Source: an uncultured Candidatus Saccharibacteria bacterium
Lineage (GTDB): Bacteria; Patescibacteriota; Minisyncoccia; Ryanbacterales; GWA2-47-10b
Reading direction: 5' to 3'
Assembly (NCBI GenBank): GCA_964356915.1
Contig: CAYHJF010000001.1
Coordinates: 77,743-141,742, forward strand
Length of the DNA: 64,000 nucleotides
Below the pieces are notes generated by a model, which saw only the letters and a program-made list of their open reading frames with translations, was not told the origin of the DNA and made no database searches. This document shows, piece by piece, positions 28,888 through 38,955 of the stretch; the stretch's first letter is position 1, and every line of letters starts with the position of its first letter. Position numbers and translations under genes: made by a program.

Positions 28888-28984
28888 TGCAAAACAGCGT
28901 CGCTCAAAGCAAATCGCCCGTAAAGGGTGGAAGGAATTTCAAATGGGCCAGGCTATTAAAAATCGTTATCTCCCGAACACCTAA
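28796..28984 (+). CDS. rpmI: 50S ribosomal protein L35
   Basis: KTNKSVLKRIKVTKTGK...H. Lies between infC and rplT. Confidence 0.92.
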   Translation: MAKTNKSVLKRIKVTKTGKIMKRSPHQNHFSAKQRRSKQIARKGWKEFQMGQAIKNRYLPNT

Positions 28985-28986
28985 CC

Positions 28987-29334
28987 ATGACACGCGTTAA
29001 ACGAGGTACTATCGCGACAAAACGTCGTCGCAACGTCCTCAAACAAACTAAAGGATTCCGCTGGCAACGTAGCAAGAAAGAGCGCGCAGCAAAGGAAGCG
29101 CTCCTCCATGCATATACTCACTCATTCCAAGACCGCCGCAAAAAGAAAAGGGTATTTCGAAAGCAATGGAATGTCACGATTAATGCCGCATCTCGCCAAA
29201 ACGGAGTTTCATACAGCAAGTTGATCGCAGCACTCAAAAAGATGCATATCGATCTCGACAGAAAGATTCTCTCAATTCTTGCTAAGAAACATCCTGAGGT
29301 ATTTGAAAAGATACTCAAAGAAGCCGTCAAATAA
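28987..29334 (+). CDS. rplT: 50S ribosomal protein L20
   Basis: MTRVKRG, DRRKKKR, INAA and DRKIL motifs. Confidence 0.97.
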   Translation: MTRVKRGTIATKRRRNVLKQTKGFRWQRSKKERAAKEALLHAYTHSFQDRRKKKRVFRKQWNVTINAASRQNGVSYSKLIAALKKMHIDLDRKILSILAKKHPEVFEKILKEAVK

Positions 29335-29375
29335 AAAAACAAAAACCTCTCACTCTGAGAGGTTTTTGTTTTTTT
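29333..29375. terminator. Bidirectional terminator
   Basis: AAAAAACAAAAACCTCTCA-CTC-TGAGAGGTTTTTGTTTTTT between convergent genes. Confidence 0.8.
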
Positions 29376-29388
29376 ATTTATTCTACAC

Positions 29389-30129
29389 TTATGCGGGCAT
29401 GTACGTCCCGAGAATATACATTACGTAGACTCCGAGAAAAACGAGAGCAACCTGAACGATCGCCGAAGACTTATGTCGGTGGTGTAGCTCCGGAATCAAA
29501 TCCGAGGCTGCAAGATATAAGAAATTTCCAGCTACAACAGCAAGTAGATATCCAAGCACACCATCAAACGACGCCAACTTCATCCCAAGTAATGCCCCCA
29601 TAAGAGTAGTGACTGAAACTCCAACGTTCGCGATAAGTGCTTTTTTCTTACTGAAACCTCCGTGCAACAAAATAACGTAATCGCTCACCTCTTGAGGTAT
29701 TTCATGCGCGAGGATTGCAAGGGTAGCTAATGTACCAAGTTCGATACTCGCCTGGAAAGAAAGTGCGATAGCGACTCCATCAATAAAATTATGAATCGCA
29801 TCTCCAAAAATTACGAGGTACGGAGCAGCATCAACATGATCATCAGTTTCCTCATGCTCATGCGCGTGATACCAAAAGATTAATTTCTCAAGTACAAAGA
29901 ATAAAAGAAATCCGCCAAGCACCCACGAAAGCGAACTACGCGTATCAATTAATTCAAGCGACTCAGGTAGTACATCAAAAAATACTACCCCCAACAACGC
30001 ACCGACCGCAAAGCTAATAAACCAATGAACAAAACGTCGCACAAATCGCTCATTCATAATAACCGCGAGGCTCGCGGAAAAAGACACTAATGATTCAAGC
30101 GCGCTCGCGATGAGTATCGGAATTATCAT
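29389..30129 (-). CDS. ZIP family metal transporter
   Basis: HNFIDG, HEIPQE and YLAASDLIPEL motifs, with a His-rich loop. Confidence 0.93.
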   Translation of the reverse strand: MIIPILIASALESLVSFSASLAVIMNERFVRRFVHWFISFAVGALLGVVFFDVLPESLELIDTRSSLSWVLGGFLLFFVLEKLIFWYHAHEHEETDDHVDAAPYLVIFGDAIHNFIDGVAIALSFQASIELGTLATLAILAHEIPQEVSDYVILLHGGFSKKKALIANVGVSVTTLMGALLGMKLASFDGVLGYLLAVVAGNFLYLAASDLIPELHHRHKSSAIVQVALVFLGVYVMYILGTYMPA

Positions 30130-30640
30130 TATTTTTTTGTTTTAATTGTTTTCCATCCGACTTTTGTCGACGCGTAACGCTTGCGTGAGCACGCTCAAGC
30201 ACGGTACGCATATTTTTATGTTTCAACATCGTACGCGCTTTTTCATACGAAGCCCAGTGAAAATTTTTATGTTCCTCTGAAATTTGTACGCGTCCGTCAA
30301 AAACTTGTCCAAGATAGAACACTGCGTACTTCAAGCGTTTCTCCTGATTATCTGATTTTGGCGGCCACGCATATCGAAATTTTATATGCTCCTTATATCC
30401 CGGGAGAAAACGCATCCGCGTGTATCCCGTCTCTTCTTTTATTTCACGGCGAACTGTATCCATAACTTGTTCTCCCTCTTCAATGTGCCCTCGAGGAAAC
30501 GCCCAGTGGCCCTGCGGATACTGCAATAATAAATAGAGTATTTTGCCCTGCTTGCGTCGAAAAAGTACTGCACCAGCAGTCTGCTCAATCTTTATATCTT
30601 TATCCCGTTTTGGGTTTTTCTGTACTTTCTCTTCCAGCAT
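30095..30640 (-). CDS. Nudix hydrolase (Ap4A-hydrolase-like)
   Basis: AGAV, HWAFPRGHIEEGE..MDTVRREIKEETG and SEEH motifs. Start at ATG 30640 with TACAAT 6 nt upstream. Confidence 0.9.
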   Translation of the reverse strand: MLEEKVQKNPKRDKDIKIEQTAGAVLFRRKQGKILYLLLQYPQGHWAFPRGHIEEGEQVMDTVRREIKEETGYTRMRFLPGYKEHIKFRYAWPPKSDNQEKRLKYAVFYLGQVFDGRVQISEEHKNFHWASYEKARTMLKHKNMRTVLERAHASVTRRQKSDGKQLKQKNNDNSDTHRERA

Positions 30641-30994
30641 AAGTCTATTGTACACCACAGTATGCCATACGAATCCCCATCTTGTCTCGACTCCTATTGA
30701 ATAAACGGAGTTATTAACAGATATCGTAATAGGCTGTATTGAACATAACGCTCTTGATGATACTCTGGATTCAGGACCCCACAAGAAGCAAAGGTGTAAG
30801 AAGTGTGAGAGTGACCAAAAAGCTCTCGCGCAACGCGCAGCCCGACGTCTATACGTCATCCCACAAACACACCCCCTACACCCTCGCTTCCTCAGCACCT
30901 TCCCAAACAATCAAAAAAACTTCACCCATCACTCGCTGATGGGTCGTTTTGTATTTAGATTAAAAAAATAAAAAAATGAGTGTAGCAAAACTAT

Positions 30995-31627
30995 TTACTC
31001 GTCTCCCAAAAAAACTGACTCGCTCTTTGTATTCTCTTTTTGAATAAATGGATAGAGCATCATTAATACAACAACGCTTGCCATATTTAAGAGCGCACCA
31101 ATCAAGAATAAAATTTTAAACCCATATGCATCAGCAATGATGCCTCCGTATGCACTCCCCACAGCGGTTGAAAGCGTAAGACCAACAACACTAAGTAAAC
31201 TCCACTCAAACGCATCGCGTCCCTGATCAAGATGATGAGAAAATACAGAATAGTATGCGGCCATTAAAAGTGCTCCGCCAACTCCAGACATAATTTGTAA
31301 AAGATAAAGCTCCATAGTCGTACTCACAAATGGCAACGCGATAGGATATAGAGTTCCTAAAATACTACCTCCGAGCATCGCATAAAAATCATCCTTCTCT
31401 CCTTTTTCTAAATCAAGATAGCGCGCGATGGGAATTTGGACTACTGATTTTGCGACTGCCTCTACCGCAATTGCAAACCCTACTGTCGCAAGCGTTGCAC
31501 CCATAATAAATTTACCGATAAATATAGCAAAAAGTGGACCGAACAAAGAAAAGCTCACGTTCGCAATAAATAAAATAACTAAGAGAAGCTTAATTACTTT
31601 ATTGACATGAATGGAAAGATGAAACAT
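30995..31627 (-). CDS. MFS-type transporter (half-size, 6 TM)
   Basis: 210-aa hydrophobic ORF with MFS-like 'QIPIARYLD' and 'GGIIAD.YGF'. Confidence 0.75.
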   Translation of the reverse strand: MFHLSIHVNKVIKLLLVILFIANVSFSLFGPLFAIFIGKFIMGATLATVGFAIAVEAVAKSVVQIPIARYLDLEKGEKDDFYAMLGGSILGTLYPIALPFVSTTMELYLLQIMSGVGGALLMAAYYSVFSHHLDQGRDAFEWSLLSVVGLTLSTAVGSAYGGIIADAYGFKILFLIGALLNMASVVVLMMLYPFIQKENTKSESVFLGDE

Positions 31628-31636
31628 AAAAAAATT

Positions 31637-32257
31637 TTAGAATAAATGATCCTGCATATCCTCTGACTTTTGCGCGTGAACTGAATTATGAGCCACTAAA
31701 GAAGAAGCCATCCTCTCTAGTTCTACGGGTAACCGCTTAAAACTCTCCTCGAGTTGCCGCAACGTTTCCGTAGAGCGCAGTGCGGCAGCTGGATGGAAGA
31801 CGGGATACACATGCCGGCCCTCAACATGAAACATGCGTCCCTGGTCTCGCGATATTTTCCCCTCTGGCAAAAAATAGTTCATCGCAAAACGCCCGAGTGG
31901 CACAATAATTTTAGGATTCACGATATTAATCTGTCGCGTAAGATATGGTTTGTACGCGGCTATCTCCTCTGGTAGAGGATCGCGATTTTCGGGAGGTCGA
32001 CGTTTTACGATATTAGTAATATATACGCTACCTCGTTCCCAACCGATACTACCAAGCAACTTATCGAGTAACTGTCCGGAGCGCCCAACAAACGGTCGTC
32101 CTTGCTGATCCTCGCGAAGCCCGGGCGCCTCTCCAATACACATAACTTTTGCCTCAACATCCCCCTCGCCAAATACAAGATTCGCCCCCTGAAGTGGCAA
32201 CATCTTATCACCTACTACTTCTAATTCGAGGACTCGTAACTCATCGCTCTTTGTCAT
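31637..32257 (-). CDS. Uracil-DNA glycosylase family 4
   Basis: GEAPG, GRPFVGRSG, RPPENRDP and HPAAALR motifs. Confidence 0.93.
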   Translation of the reverse strand: MTKSDELRVLELEVVGDKMLPLQGANLVFGEGDVEAKVMCIGEAPGLREDQQGRPFVGRSGQLLDKLLGSIGWERGSVYITNIVKRRPPENRDPLPEEIAAYKPYLTRQINIVNPKIIVPLGRFAMNYFLPEGKISRDQGRMFHVEGRHVYPVFHPAAALRSTETLRQLEESFKRLPVELERMASSLVAHNSVHAQKSEDMQDHLF

Positions 32258-32284
32258 ACATCAAGTCTCGCTGATTTTTTACGA

Positions 32285-33382
32285 TCAAGCAATGAAACCG
32301 ATAACACCGAAAATCTCTAAAAGGGCGCCGACTAAAAGTAATGTACTAAGCCCAAGAACTACTGCAAGACGGGTTGATAAAACTCGACGAGCAAGAAGTG
32401 CTATCGAGATACCTTCTATTCCTATTCCAAGAGCACCCACAATACTAATAATCTCTACAAAATCATTAATCCCTACAAAAAATAGTGCCGGAGGTACCAT
32501 CGCGACCAATAACCATGCAGTTATTGGTCTTGAGCCAAAGTCATACTCAAACGTAAAACGAAGCTCAAGCCCGAGTGTCAGATAAGACGTTACAATAGCA
32601 AGAAAACCAATCAATGAACCAATAACAAGCAGTCGACCGTACAAAATAGAAAGAGCATCTTGCGGAACTGCCTCACCCCCAATACCAAGTATTGCGGCAA
32701 TAAAAAGAGCATACAAAAATCCAACGATAATGGTCGTCACGAGCGTGATACTACGAAATCGCCTTTGCTCCCGACGACCGATCATGTCGATAACTTCAGG
32801 AACGACTGAAGCACCTGAAAACGCGAACAGGAAGATTCCATAGGGCAAAAACCAATCTCCACTGCCTTGCCATACCGTAGCCGGCAATACCTCAAACTGA
32901 GGGAGCAACATCCCACTCAAAAGTAGAATGAAAAATATCAGAAAAACAGTCAACCAAAAATTCACACCTCCTGCACGCCGTAAGTTAAGGGCCGTCAGTA
33001 AGCCAGCACCGATAAAAAAAATCCCACTTAAAAATACAAGATTTTGATTTGGGAAAAAATGTCTAAGAAAAAGCCCTCCTAAAACACCGTACGCGAGCAA
33101 ATATCCAAAATAACTAAATAACCGAGCGGTAAACGTAACTGCATAGCCTGTAAACCCAAAATACTCTTGCATATACCCTGGAAGACGGTGCTCATCTCGA
33201 GCACCGTGGGCAAGAATGATTTTCCCGTAAAGAAGGTGCACGACCGTCACGATGATCGCCGCAAGAACAAAGTGAAAAAGTGACCATGGGATACCAGCTT
33301 GCGCAACCGCATAGGGCATAGCAAACATACCAGCACCCACAATCATACCGATAAAAAGTCCGAGAGCTTCAAACGTCCGCAT
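32285..33382 (-). CDS. Aromatic amino acid permease family transporter
   Basis: 'GMIVGAGMFAMPY', 'PYGIFLFAFSG', about 11 TM. Confidence 0.85.
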   Translation of the reverse strand: MRTFEALGLFIGMIVGAGMFAMPYAVAQAGIPWSLFHFVLAAIIVTVVHLLYGKIILAHGARDEHRLPGYMQEYFGFTGYAVTFTARLFSYFGYLLAYGVLGGLFLRHFFPNQNLVFLSGIFFIGAGLLTALNLRRAGGVNFWLTVFLIFFILLLSGMLLPQFEVLPATVWQGSGDWFLPYGIFLFAFSGASVVPEVIDMIGRREQRRFRSITLVTTIIVGFLYALFIAAILGIGGEAVPQDALSILYGRLLVIGSLIGFLAIVTSYLTLGLELRFTFEYDFGSRPITAWLLVAMVPPALFFVGINDFVEIISIVGALGIGIEGISIALLARRVLSTRLAVVLGLSTLLLVGALLEIFGVIGFIA

Positions 33383-33385
33383 ATT

Positions 33386-33967
33386 TCAAACGCCCTGCTC
33401 TTTCACTTTATTTACCACTTCCGTAAGACGCTTGAGAAGAACCAACGGATCTTTCTCAATAACAATATTGGCATTGTCCTTCGCTCTATTAGAGACTTTG
33501 ATAATCTCATCAAGCAAATCTGTCGTTCCGCCACTTTCGGCAAGAATACCGATTGGCTTTCCATCTTCAAACGCAATCGTAAACTCATTTAATGTTCCTA
33601 TTCGCCCACATCCAATGATCACGGCGTCCGACGATCGAGTCAAAAGAAGATTGCGACCGGAGTATCCGAATCCTGTGTAGACAACCATATCCATATAATC
33701 AATCGGTAACTTGTATTGTTCGACGTGCTCTTTTTCTGACGCCGCAGGAGAAATGCCAATTGTAAAACCATTTCCTTCCTTTGCTCCAATAGCAGCCCAA
33801 TATGGAAAACCTGTCGTTGCACCATTTACTAAAATACCTCCCATATCGGCGATACCCTTCCCAATCGCCTTACCTACATCAAGCGCATCAATCGAACAGT
33901 GCCCTGTTTCCGCTGCACCTGAAATACAAAATTTAAGTCGCCGATGGATATGCTGTTTTTCTATCAT
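33386..33967 (-). CDS. LOG/SLOG family protein
   Basis: GATTGFP, GISPA, GRNLLL..SSDA and GRIGTLNEF motifs. Confidence 0.85.
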   Translation of the reverse strand: MIEKQHIHRRLKFCISGAAETGHCSIDALDVGKAIGKGIADMGGILVNGATTGFPYWAAIGAKEGNGFTIGISPAASEKEHVEQYKLPIDYMDMVVYTGFGYSGRNLLLTRSSDAVIIGCGRIGTLNEFTIAFEDGKPIGILAESGGTTDLLDEIIKVSNRAKDNANIVIEKDPLVLLKRLTEVVNKVKEQGV

Positions 33968-33979
33968 GCCTATATTCTA

Positions 33980-35332
33980 TCAGAATGAGACTGAGTCACC
34001 AAAATGAGGAGCACCCGCATTTACTCCAAGATAATCGCGTGCCCGCTGAACGAGAAACAAGCTCGCTGCCGCATCCCCTTGTACAACAAATACTTGCTTG
34101 AGCGTATCGCGATTCGACTCAATAAACGCGAGCAAGTCATTTGAATCAGCGTGTGCTGAGTACCCACGAATTGAACGAACGTCGCACCGCACAGGAACCT
34201 CTTCGCCAAAAATCCGCACTGACGATGCTTTCTCGATGATTTGGCGTGCGATAGAACCCGCAGCCGCATATCCGATGAATAAGATTGTATTCTCTTTCTG
34301 AGGAAGATAACGACGAGCATGGTGCAAAATACGCCCGCCAGTCATCATGCCAGCACCCGCAAGAATAATTTTTGGGCCCTTTACTGTATTAATATTTTTT
34401 GACTCATCACTCGTCAACGTTCGCTGAAGAAGCGGGAAATTAAAAATATCGTCTCCCTCACGAATCAATTTCTTGGTGTCGTCGCTAAAATATGACGTAT
34501 ATTTTCGATATACTGCTGTCGCTTTGATAGAAAGTGGACTATCAAGGAATACTGGCACGGATGTTACCCGCCCATGCTCAATCAACTCATTTAAATCAAC
34601 TAGAATCTCCTGCGTACGTTCGAGCGCAAACGCTGGGATCATCAACGTGCCGCCCCTCTTTATTGTATCTTCGATCGCGCGCTCAAATTTTTCTTTTCGT
34701 TCACCACGATCTTCATGAACCCGATTTCCATATGCCGATTCAATTGTTAAATAATCAACATTTGCTACATGATCCGTTGGCGGCAATAACGGCATCGGCA
34801 CATTACCTAAATCTCCCGTAAACAAAAATGTCTTTCCCTGAACTTTAATCTCCACCATCGCTGAACCAAGAATATGTGCTGCATTAAAAAATTTAACCTC
34901 AAAATCACCAACATGAAATGTCTCGTAGTACGGAACTGTATCCCACATCTCGAGAGCATGCTTGAGATCTTCCATGTCATAGAACGCACCACTCTCTCCT
35001 TCGCGCGTTGCCTCTTTTTCCAAAACACCAAGGCTGTCCTCGAGCATGAGTGCGGCAAAATCTTTAGTCGGGGGAGTTGAATATATTTTTCCCGTAAAAC
35101 CGGCACGCGCAAGTTTTGGGACACGACCCACGTGATCAATATGTGCGTGAGTTACAAAGAGCGCATCGATGGTTTTTGGATCATACGCAAATTCTTCTTT
35201 GTTTTTGGCGGCGCAAAAACGTGGACATTGAAACATTCCGCAGTCAACAAGAATTCGTGTATGCTCGGTTTCGAGTAAATAATTAGCGCCTGTTACCTCT
35301 TGAGTACCCCCATGAAATGAAAGCTTAAGCAT
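33980..35332 (-). CDS. MBL-fold beta-CASP ribonuclease
   Basis: DCGMFQ, THAHIDHVG, AAHILGS, ESAYG and SAHAD motifs. Start at MLKLSF with TATAAT 7 nt upstream. Confidence 0.92.
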   Translation of the reverse strand: MLKLSFHGGTQEVTGANYLLETEHTRILVDCGMFQCPRFCAAKNKEEFAYDPKTIDALFVTHAHIDHVGRVPKLARAGFTGKIYSTPPTKDFAALMLEDSLGVLEKEATREGESGAFYDMEDLKHALEMWDTVPYYETFHVGDFEVKFFNAAHILGSAMVEIKVQGKTFLFTGDLGNVPMPLLPPTDHVANVDYLTIESAYGNRVHEDRGERKEKFERAIEDTIKRGGTLMIPAFALERTQEILVDLNELIEHGRVTSVPVFLDSPLSIKATAVYRKYTSYFSDDTKKLIREGDDIFNFPLLQRTLTSDESKNINTVKGPKIILAGAGMMTGGRILHHARRYLPQKENTILFIGYAAAGSIARQIIEKASSVRIFGEEVPVRCDVRSIRGYSAHADSNDLLAFIESNRDTLKQVFVVQGDAAASLFLVQRARDYLGVNAGAPHFGDSVSF

Positions 35333-35705
35333 GTACCCTATTATATCGAGAAAGAACCGCCCACAACAGGACTGCCCCCATGATATCCATGGAAAGATCA
35401 AAGATAGTATCGAGTTGCCAAATCGGGTCTGTAAGTCGCACTTCGCCAACCCCAAAAAATGGTGCACTGATAAAGAATTCCAGCGCCTCCCATAGTCCGC
35501 CAACAACAAGAACTATTGTAATGAGCGCACTAAACCCCGAACGAGGAATGAATGAGTGTACGACAATCGCAATCCAAGCACCACCAAGCGCATGCATCAC
35601 AAAATCAGTCCACCAGACATTCTCATAGGTGTGATTTAATATCAAACAACGATGCGTGAGCATGAGGGCTGCAAGCATGACTACAATCAAAAGAAAATTT
35701 CTCAC
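35325..35705 (-). CDS. Hypothetical membrane protein (VanZ/DUF2238-like)
   Basis: 'D..MH.LGG', 'LWE.LEF' and 'DT..DL..D..GA' motifs. Confidence 0.7.
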   Translation of the reverse strand: MRNFLLIVVMLAALMLTHRCLILNHTYENVWWTDFVMHALGGAWIAIVVHSFIPRSGFSALITIVLVVGGLWEALEFFISAPFFGVGEVRLTDPIWQLDTIFDLSMDIMGAVLLWAVLSRYNRVHA

Positions 35706-35711
35706 AGTACC

Positions 35712-36308
35712 TTAAAACATTGAATCCTCTTCCGAACGATGAAAGCTATGGATTTCCTCTGAGGTAAACCAATGCTTAATCTCGTAGGCCGCTTCTTCTG
35801 GATTACCGGATGCGTGAATAAGATTATGTACGGCGCGCTTTTGAACATTGGCGAGCACGGGAGAGTCTACTGAAAAATCACCACGGATTGTACCCATCTC
35901 AGCAAAAGCCGGAATCGTTGAACCAATGATTTTACGAACCATCTTGATAGCATGCAATCCCTCTATAACAATTTTTACAATCGGACCTGAAATCATAAAA
36001 TCAACAAGCCACTCGCGTACACGCCCTCCAATCTCTAATTCATCCTCTGTTCCGTAATCATCCATGAGCGTTGAAGGAATATTAAATTCCTGATAGCTGC
36101 GAGACGTGTTCTTGCCAAGTCCTTGAATCCATCCTGTATCTTTAGGGTAATGATCATTCATCTGCTCCTTTGTAGGATGAATCATTTGAAGCGCGATAAC
36201 CTTGAGCCCGCGCTGCTCAATGCGACGAATAATCTCACCGATTAACGCGCGTTTTACACCGTCGGGTTTAATAAGAATGAGCGTCCGTTCTTGTTGTGGC
36301 TTTGCCAT
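35712..36308 (-). CDS. ndk: Nucleoside-diphosphate kinase
   Basis: ERTLILIKPDGV, GTIRGDF and NLIHAS motifs. Confidence 0.96.
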   Translation of the reverse strand: MAKPQQERTLILIKPDGVKRALIGEIIRRIEQRGLKVIALQMIHPTKEQMNDHYPKDTGWIQGLGKNTSRSYQEFNIPSTLMDDYGTEDELEIGGRVREWLVDFMISGPIVKIVIEGLHAIKMVRKIIGSTIPAFAEMGTIRGDFSVDSPVLANVQKRAVHNLIHASGNPEEAAYEIKHWFTSEEIHSFHRSEEDSMF

Positions 36309-36344
36309 AATATAGTAGCTAGCCTATCACAATATAGAAAATAT

Positions 36345-37214
36345 TCAATCGCGAGTAATGCGCAAATCCCGTCCATCCGTTTCAAAAATTACCATTCCAT
36401 CTTGATCGGTACGAAACAATTTTGCGCCGATATGCTTAATGCGCTCGAGAGTTTTTAGGACAGGATGCCCATACCTATTATTCGCTCCGACCGACACGAC
36501 AGCAATTTCAGGATGAACTCTTTCAAGAAATAAATTTGTTGATGCATTCGCAGATCCATGATGCGCAACTTTTAAAACATCGCTCGCAAGCTCTGTTTTT
36601 GATAACGCTAAACGAATCTCGTCGCCCTTCTCGAGATCTCCAGCAAGAAAAAACTCTCTGGCACCATATTTCAACCGCCCGACAATCATTGACTCATTTG
36701 CTTTCTTTGACCTTGGAGCAAAATCTTCTGGCCACGGCCCTAAAATATCAAACTCGACTCCATCACCCAATACGATTCGGTCGCCGAGCAATATCGTGTC
36801 TTCAACAATGCCATGCTCTTTTATAAGTCCTACCCAATCGGCATACACCGTCGTACTCGCAGTCATACCGTTGGTAAAAATTCTCTCCACGTCATAATGC
36901 TTGAGAACCTCAACAAGACCTCCGAGGTGATCGGCATCTGTATGCGTCGCGATTACTACATCGATCGACTTATCGTAAGCGGGCATAATCTTACCCAATT
37001 CTGACAATACGCGTCCATTATATCCGCCGTCAATCAGCATTTGTTTACCCGATGGCGTTTCAATAAAAATCGCATCTCCCTGCCCTACATCCAACATAGC
37101 AACACGAAGCAAACCACCATGAAAAGAAAAAATCACGTACCATATAAATGTTGTGGCAAGTAATAAAATACCTACTATAAATTTTTGTAATCTAGAAAAC
37201 ATGAATCGATGCAA
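36345..37214 (-). CDS. ComEC/Rec2 MBL-fold domain protein
   Basis: DVGQGD, THTDADHLGG, LKVAHHGS, NRYGHP and RTDQDG motifs. Confidence 0.92.
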   Translation of the reverse strand: MHRFMFSRLQKFIVGILLLATTFIWYVIFSFHGGLLRVAMLDVGQGDAIFIETPSGKQMLIDGGYNGRVLSELGKIMPAYDKSIDVVIATHTDADHLGGLVEVLKHYDVERIFTNGMTASTTVYADWVGLIKEHGIVEDTILLGDRIVLGDGVEFDILGPWPEDFAPRSKKANESMIVGRLKYGAREFFLAGDLEKGDEIRLALSKTELASDVLKVAHHGSANASTNLFLERVHPEIAVVSVGANNRYGHPVLKTLERIKHIGAKLFRTDQDGMVIFETDGRDLRITRD

Positions 37215-38205
37215 AGAATTGTATCACCTGTAATTGATATGCTGCCACGAGATATACTGGCCATGCAATAAATGAGGCACTATAGGGCATAATGTATCCA
37301 GCGATACCTGCAAAAAAACCAAAGCCCATAAGAACCGGAATGGTTGGTAATACGAATACATTTGCAGGAATTGAAAATGGTGAAACTAAGCCAAAATAAT
37401 ATGTAATAAGCGGTAATGTTGCGATCTGCGCGGCAAGCGTTGAAGATAGTGCCTCACGAATGGCACGCGGTAAATATGCAAACTTTTTATCAAAAAATGG
37501 GACAAAGGTAATAAGCCCCCACGTGGCAGCAACCGACAACTGAAAGCCAATATCATTAAATAAAATCTCTGGAACAAAAAATATCATCATACTTGCAGCA
37601 AGCCATAATGCATTTTTTGTATCATAATTTTCTCCGTACGCGCGAGCAATAGAAACAAGTGATCCCATAATCGCAGCTCGTACCACGGAACTTGCGGCTC
37701 CTGTTGCAAGTACAAACATCCACACGGCCGCGAGCGCCACTGGCACATACTGCACAAAACGTCCTACATACTCAACAATAATAGTCACGTTATAACCAGA
37801 AAGAGCAGTGATATGCGATGTCCCTGTACGTCGAAAAGCATCTCTGATTTCGCGCGGAATATTTGAACGCACACCCACCATCACCCCTGCAACATACGAT
37901 CCGTATGGCTCCGGTAATGCTCGATTAAGCCCCGTAACAAAAGCGTCCCTTATCGGCACTAATAGTAAAACGAACGGTTCAAGAAAGCGAAATTCAATTA
38001 TCTCTCCGCTCCCACGAAGAACTCCGAGTAAGAAAAAAAATGCCGCGAATACGACAACGCGAAAATTACTTGTAGCAACAAATGAAAGCGCGATAAGAAG
38101 TGCTAACGTCAGCGCTCCCGTGCGAAATAAAAGCACCGACACAGGTAACAGAAACCCGAGGATAATACCAACAGCGAAAATAGCACAATACACGCGAACT
38201 CTCAT
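37192..38205 (-). CDS. comEC: ComEC/Rec2 competence channel domain
   Basis: GTSHITALSGYN, SVVRAAIMG and DIGFQLS motifs. Confidence 0.92.
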   Translation of the reverse strand: MRVRVYCAIFAVGIILGFLLPVSVLLFRTGALTLALLIALSFVATSNFRVVVFAAFFFLLGVLRGSGEIIEFRFLEPFVLLLVPIRDAFVTGLNRALPEPYGSYVAGVMVGVRSNIPREIRDAFRRTGTSHITALSGYNVTIIVEYVGRFVQYVPVALAAVWMFVLATGAASSVVRAAIMGSLVSIARAYGENYDTKNALWLAASMMIFFVPEILFNDIGFQLSVAATWGLITFVPFFDKKFAYLPRAIREALSSTLAAQIATLPLITYYFGLVSPFSIPANVFVLPTIPVLMGFGFFAGIAGYIMPYSASFIAWPVYLVAAYQLQVIQFFASIHVF

Positions 38206-38247
38206 ATATCTATTCGTACCAAAAAAATCAGAAAAATAAAAAAGCGG

Positions 38248-38625
38248 CTAAGACCCTAGACGTGCCTGCCGCTTTGCTACATATATATCTCGCCGTACTC
38301 CAACGAGTTGATAGGTACTTTTTCGAATCGACTCGTCCAAATCATATCCTCGTATGATAATTACAATGATATGTGTTCGTGGGTGGAGCTCTTCGAACCT
38401 TCGCTTCCCGCCCTGCGAACTCTTGATTTGAATGAATATCTTACCAACGTCAGTATAGATAATCGCATCAATACCTTTTCGATCAAGCTCGCGCGAAGCC
38501 CGTTCAACGCCCCTAAACCACTCTGGAGCATCTCGAGGGTGCTCTCGAAATACGGCAAGAAAGCGATTTTCACGCTGTCCGCCACGCTCACGCCCCATAC
38601 TACCAAACGCCTGAGCAACACCCAT
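38248..38625 (-). CDS. Small PD-(D/E)XK-like nuclease ORFan
   Basis: 'E..F', 'D.KGIDA' and 'IQIKSS' motifs. Own TTGACG-17-TAGAGT promoter and GAGGT SD. Confidence 0.6.
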   Translation of the reverse strand: MGVAQAFGSMGRERGGQRENRFLAVFREHPRDAPEWFRGVERASRELDRKGIDAIIYTDVGKIFIQIKSSQGGKRRFEELHPRTHIIVIIIRGYDLDESIRKSTYQLVGVRRDIYVAKRQARLGS

Positions 38626-38718
38626 AGAACACCTCTACGTGCACTCTAAAGAAAGCTCCCTGCACCGTCAACATCGTCATGATATACTATCAATGTCATT
38701 ATTAATAAAAAGAAAAAT

Positions 38719-38910
38719 ATGTTCAACAACAATATTTACAATCTGCTCATGCAAATCACTGAAGAGCATAAAAGTCTCTGGCGTATCAAGAATGAATATA
38801 TGAAAGATGCGAGCAAGGCGAGTGACTGCAAGGTATTTTGGGTAAAGTTAGCGAAAGATAAAGAGACACATATCAAGGAACTTGAGAAATTGATCCGTAA
38901 ACACATGTAA
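38719..38910 (+). CDS. Small ferritin-like helical protein
   Basis: 63 aa, 'YNLL.Q..EE.KSLWRI..Y..D...C..FW..L..DKE.HI', followed by a terminator. Confidence 0.7.
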   Translation: MFNNNIYNLLMQITEEHKSLWRIKNEYMKDASKASDCKVFWVKLAKDKETHIKELEKLIRKHM

Positions 38911-38911
38911 A

Positions 38912-38949
38912 TAAAAATCCCCCTGCCGGAAGCTGGGGGATTTTTATTT
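38912..38949. terminator. Bidirectional terminator
   Basis: ATAAAAATCCCC...GGGGATTTTTAT between convergent genes. Confidence 0.75.
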
Positions 38950-38955
38950 ACATCA

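Noticed and set aside
30641-30910. 90-aa N-terminal extension of the Nudix ORF
   Set aside because: No Nudix similarity, and a -10 box sits just before ATG 30640. The extension is the antisense shadow of a plus-strand open frame.
35333-35509. Long N-terminal extensions of the MBL, GT2 (45336-45515) and galT (44593-44655) ORFs
   Set aside because: They overlap upstream genes. Homology and promoter or ATGA signals point to the later starts.
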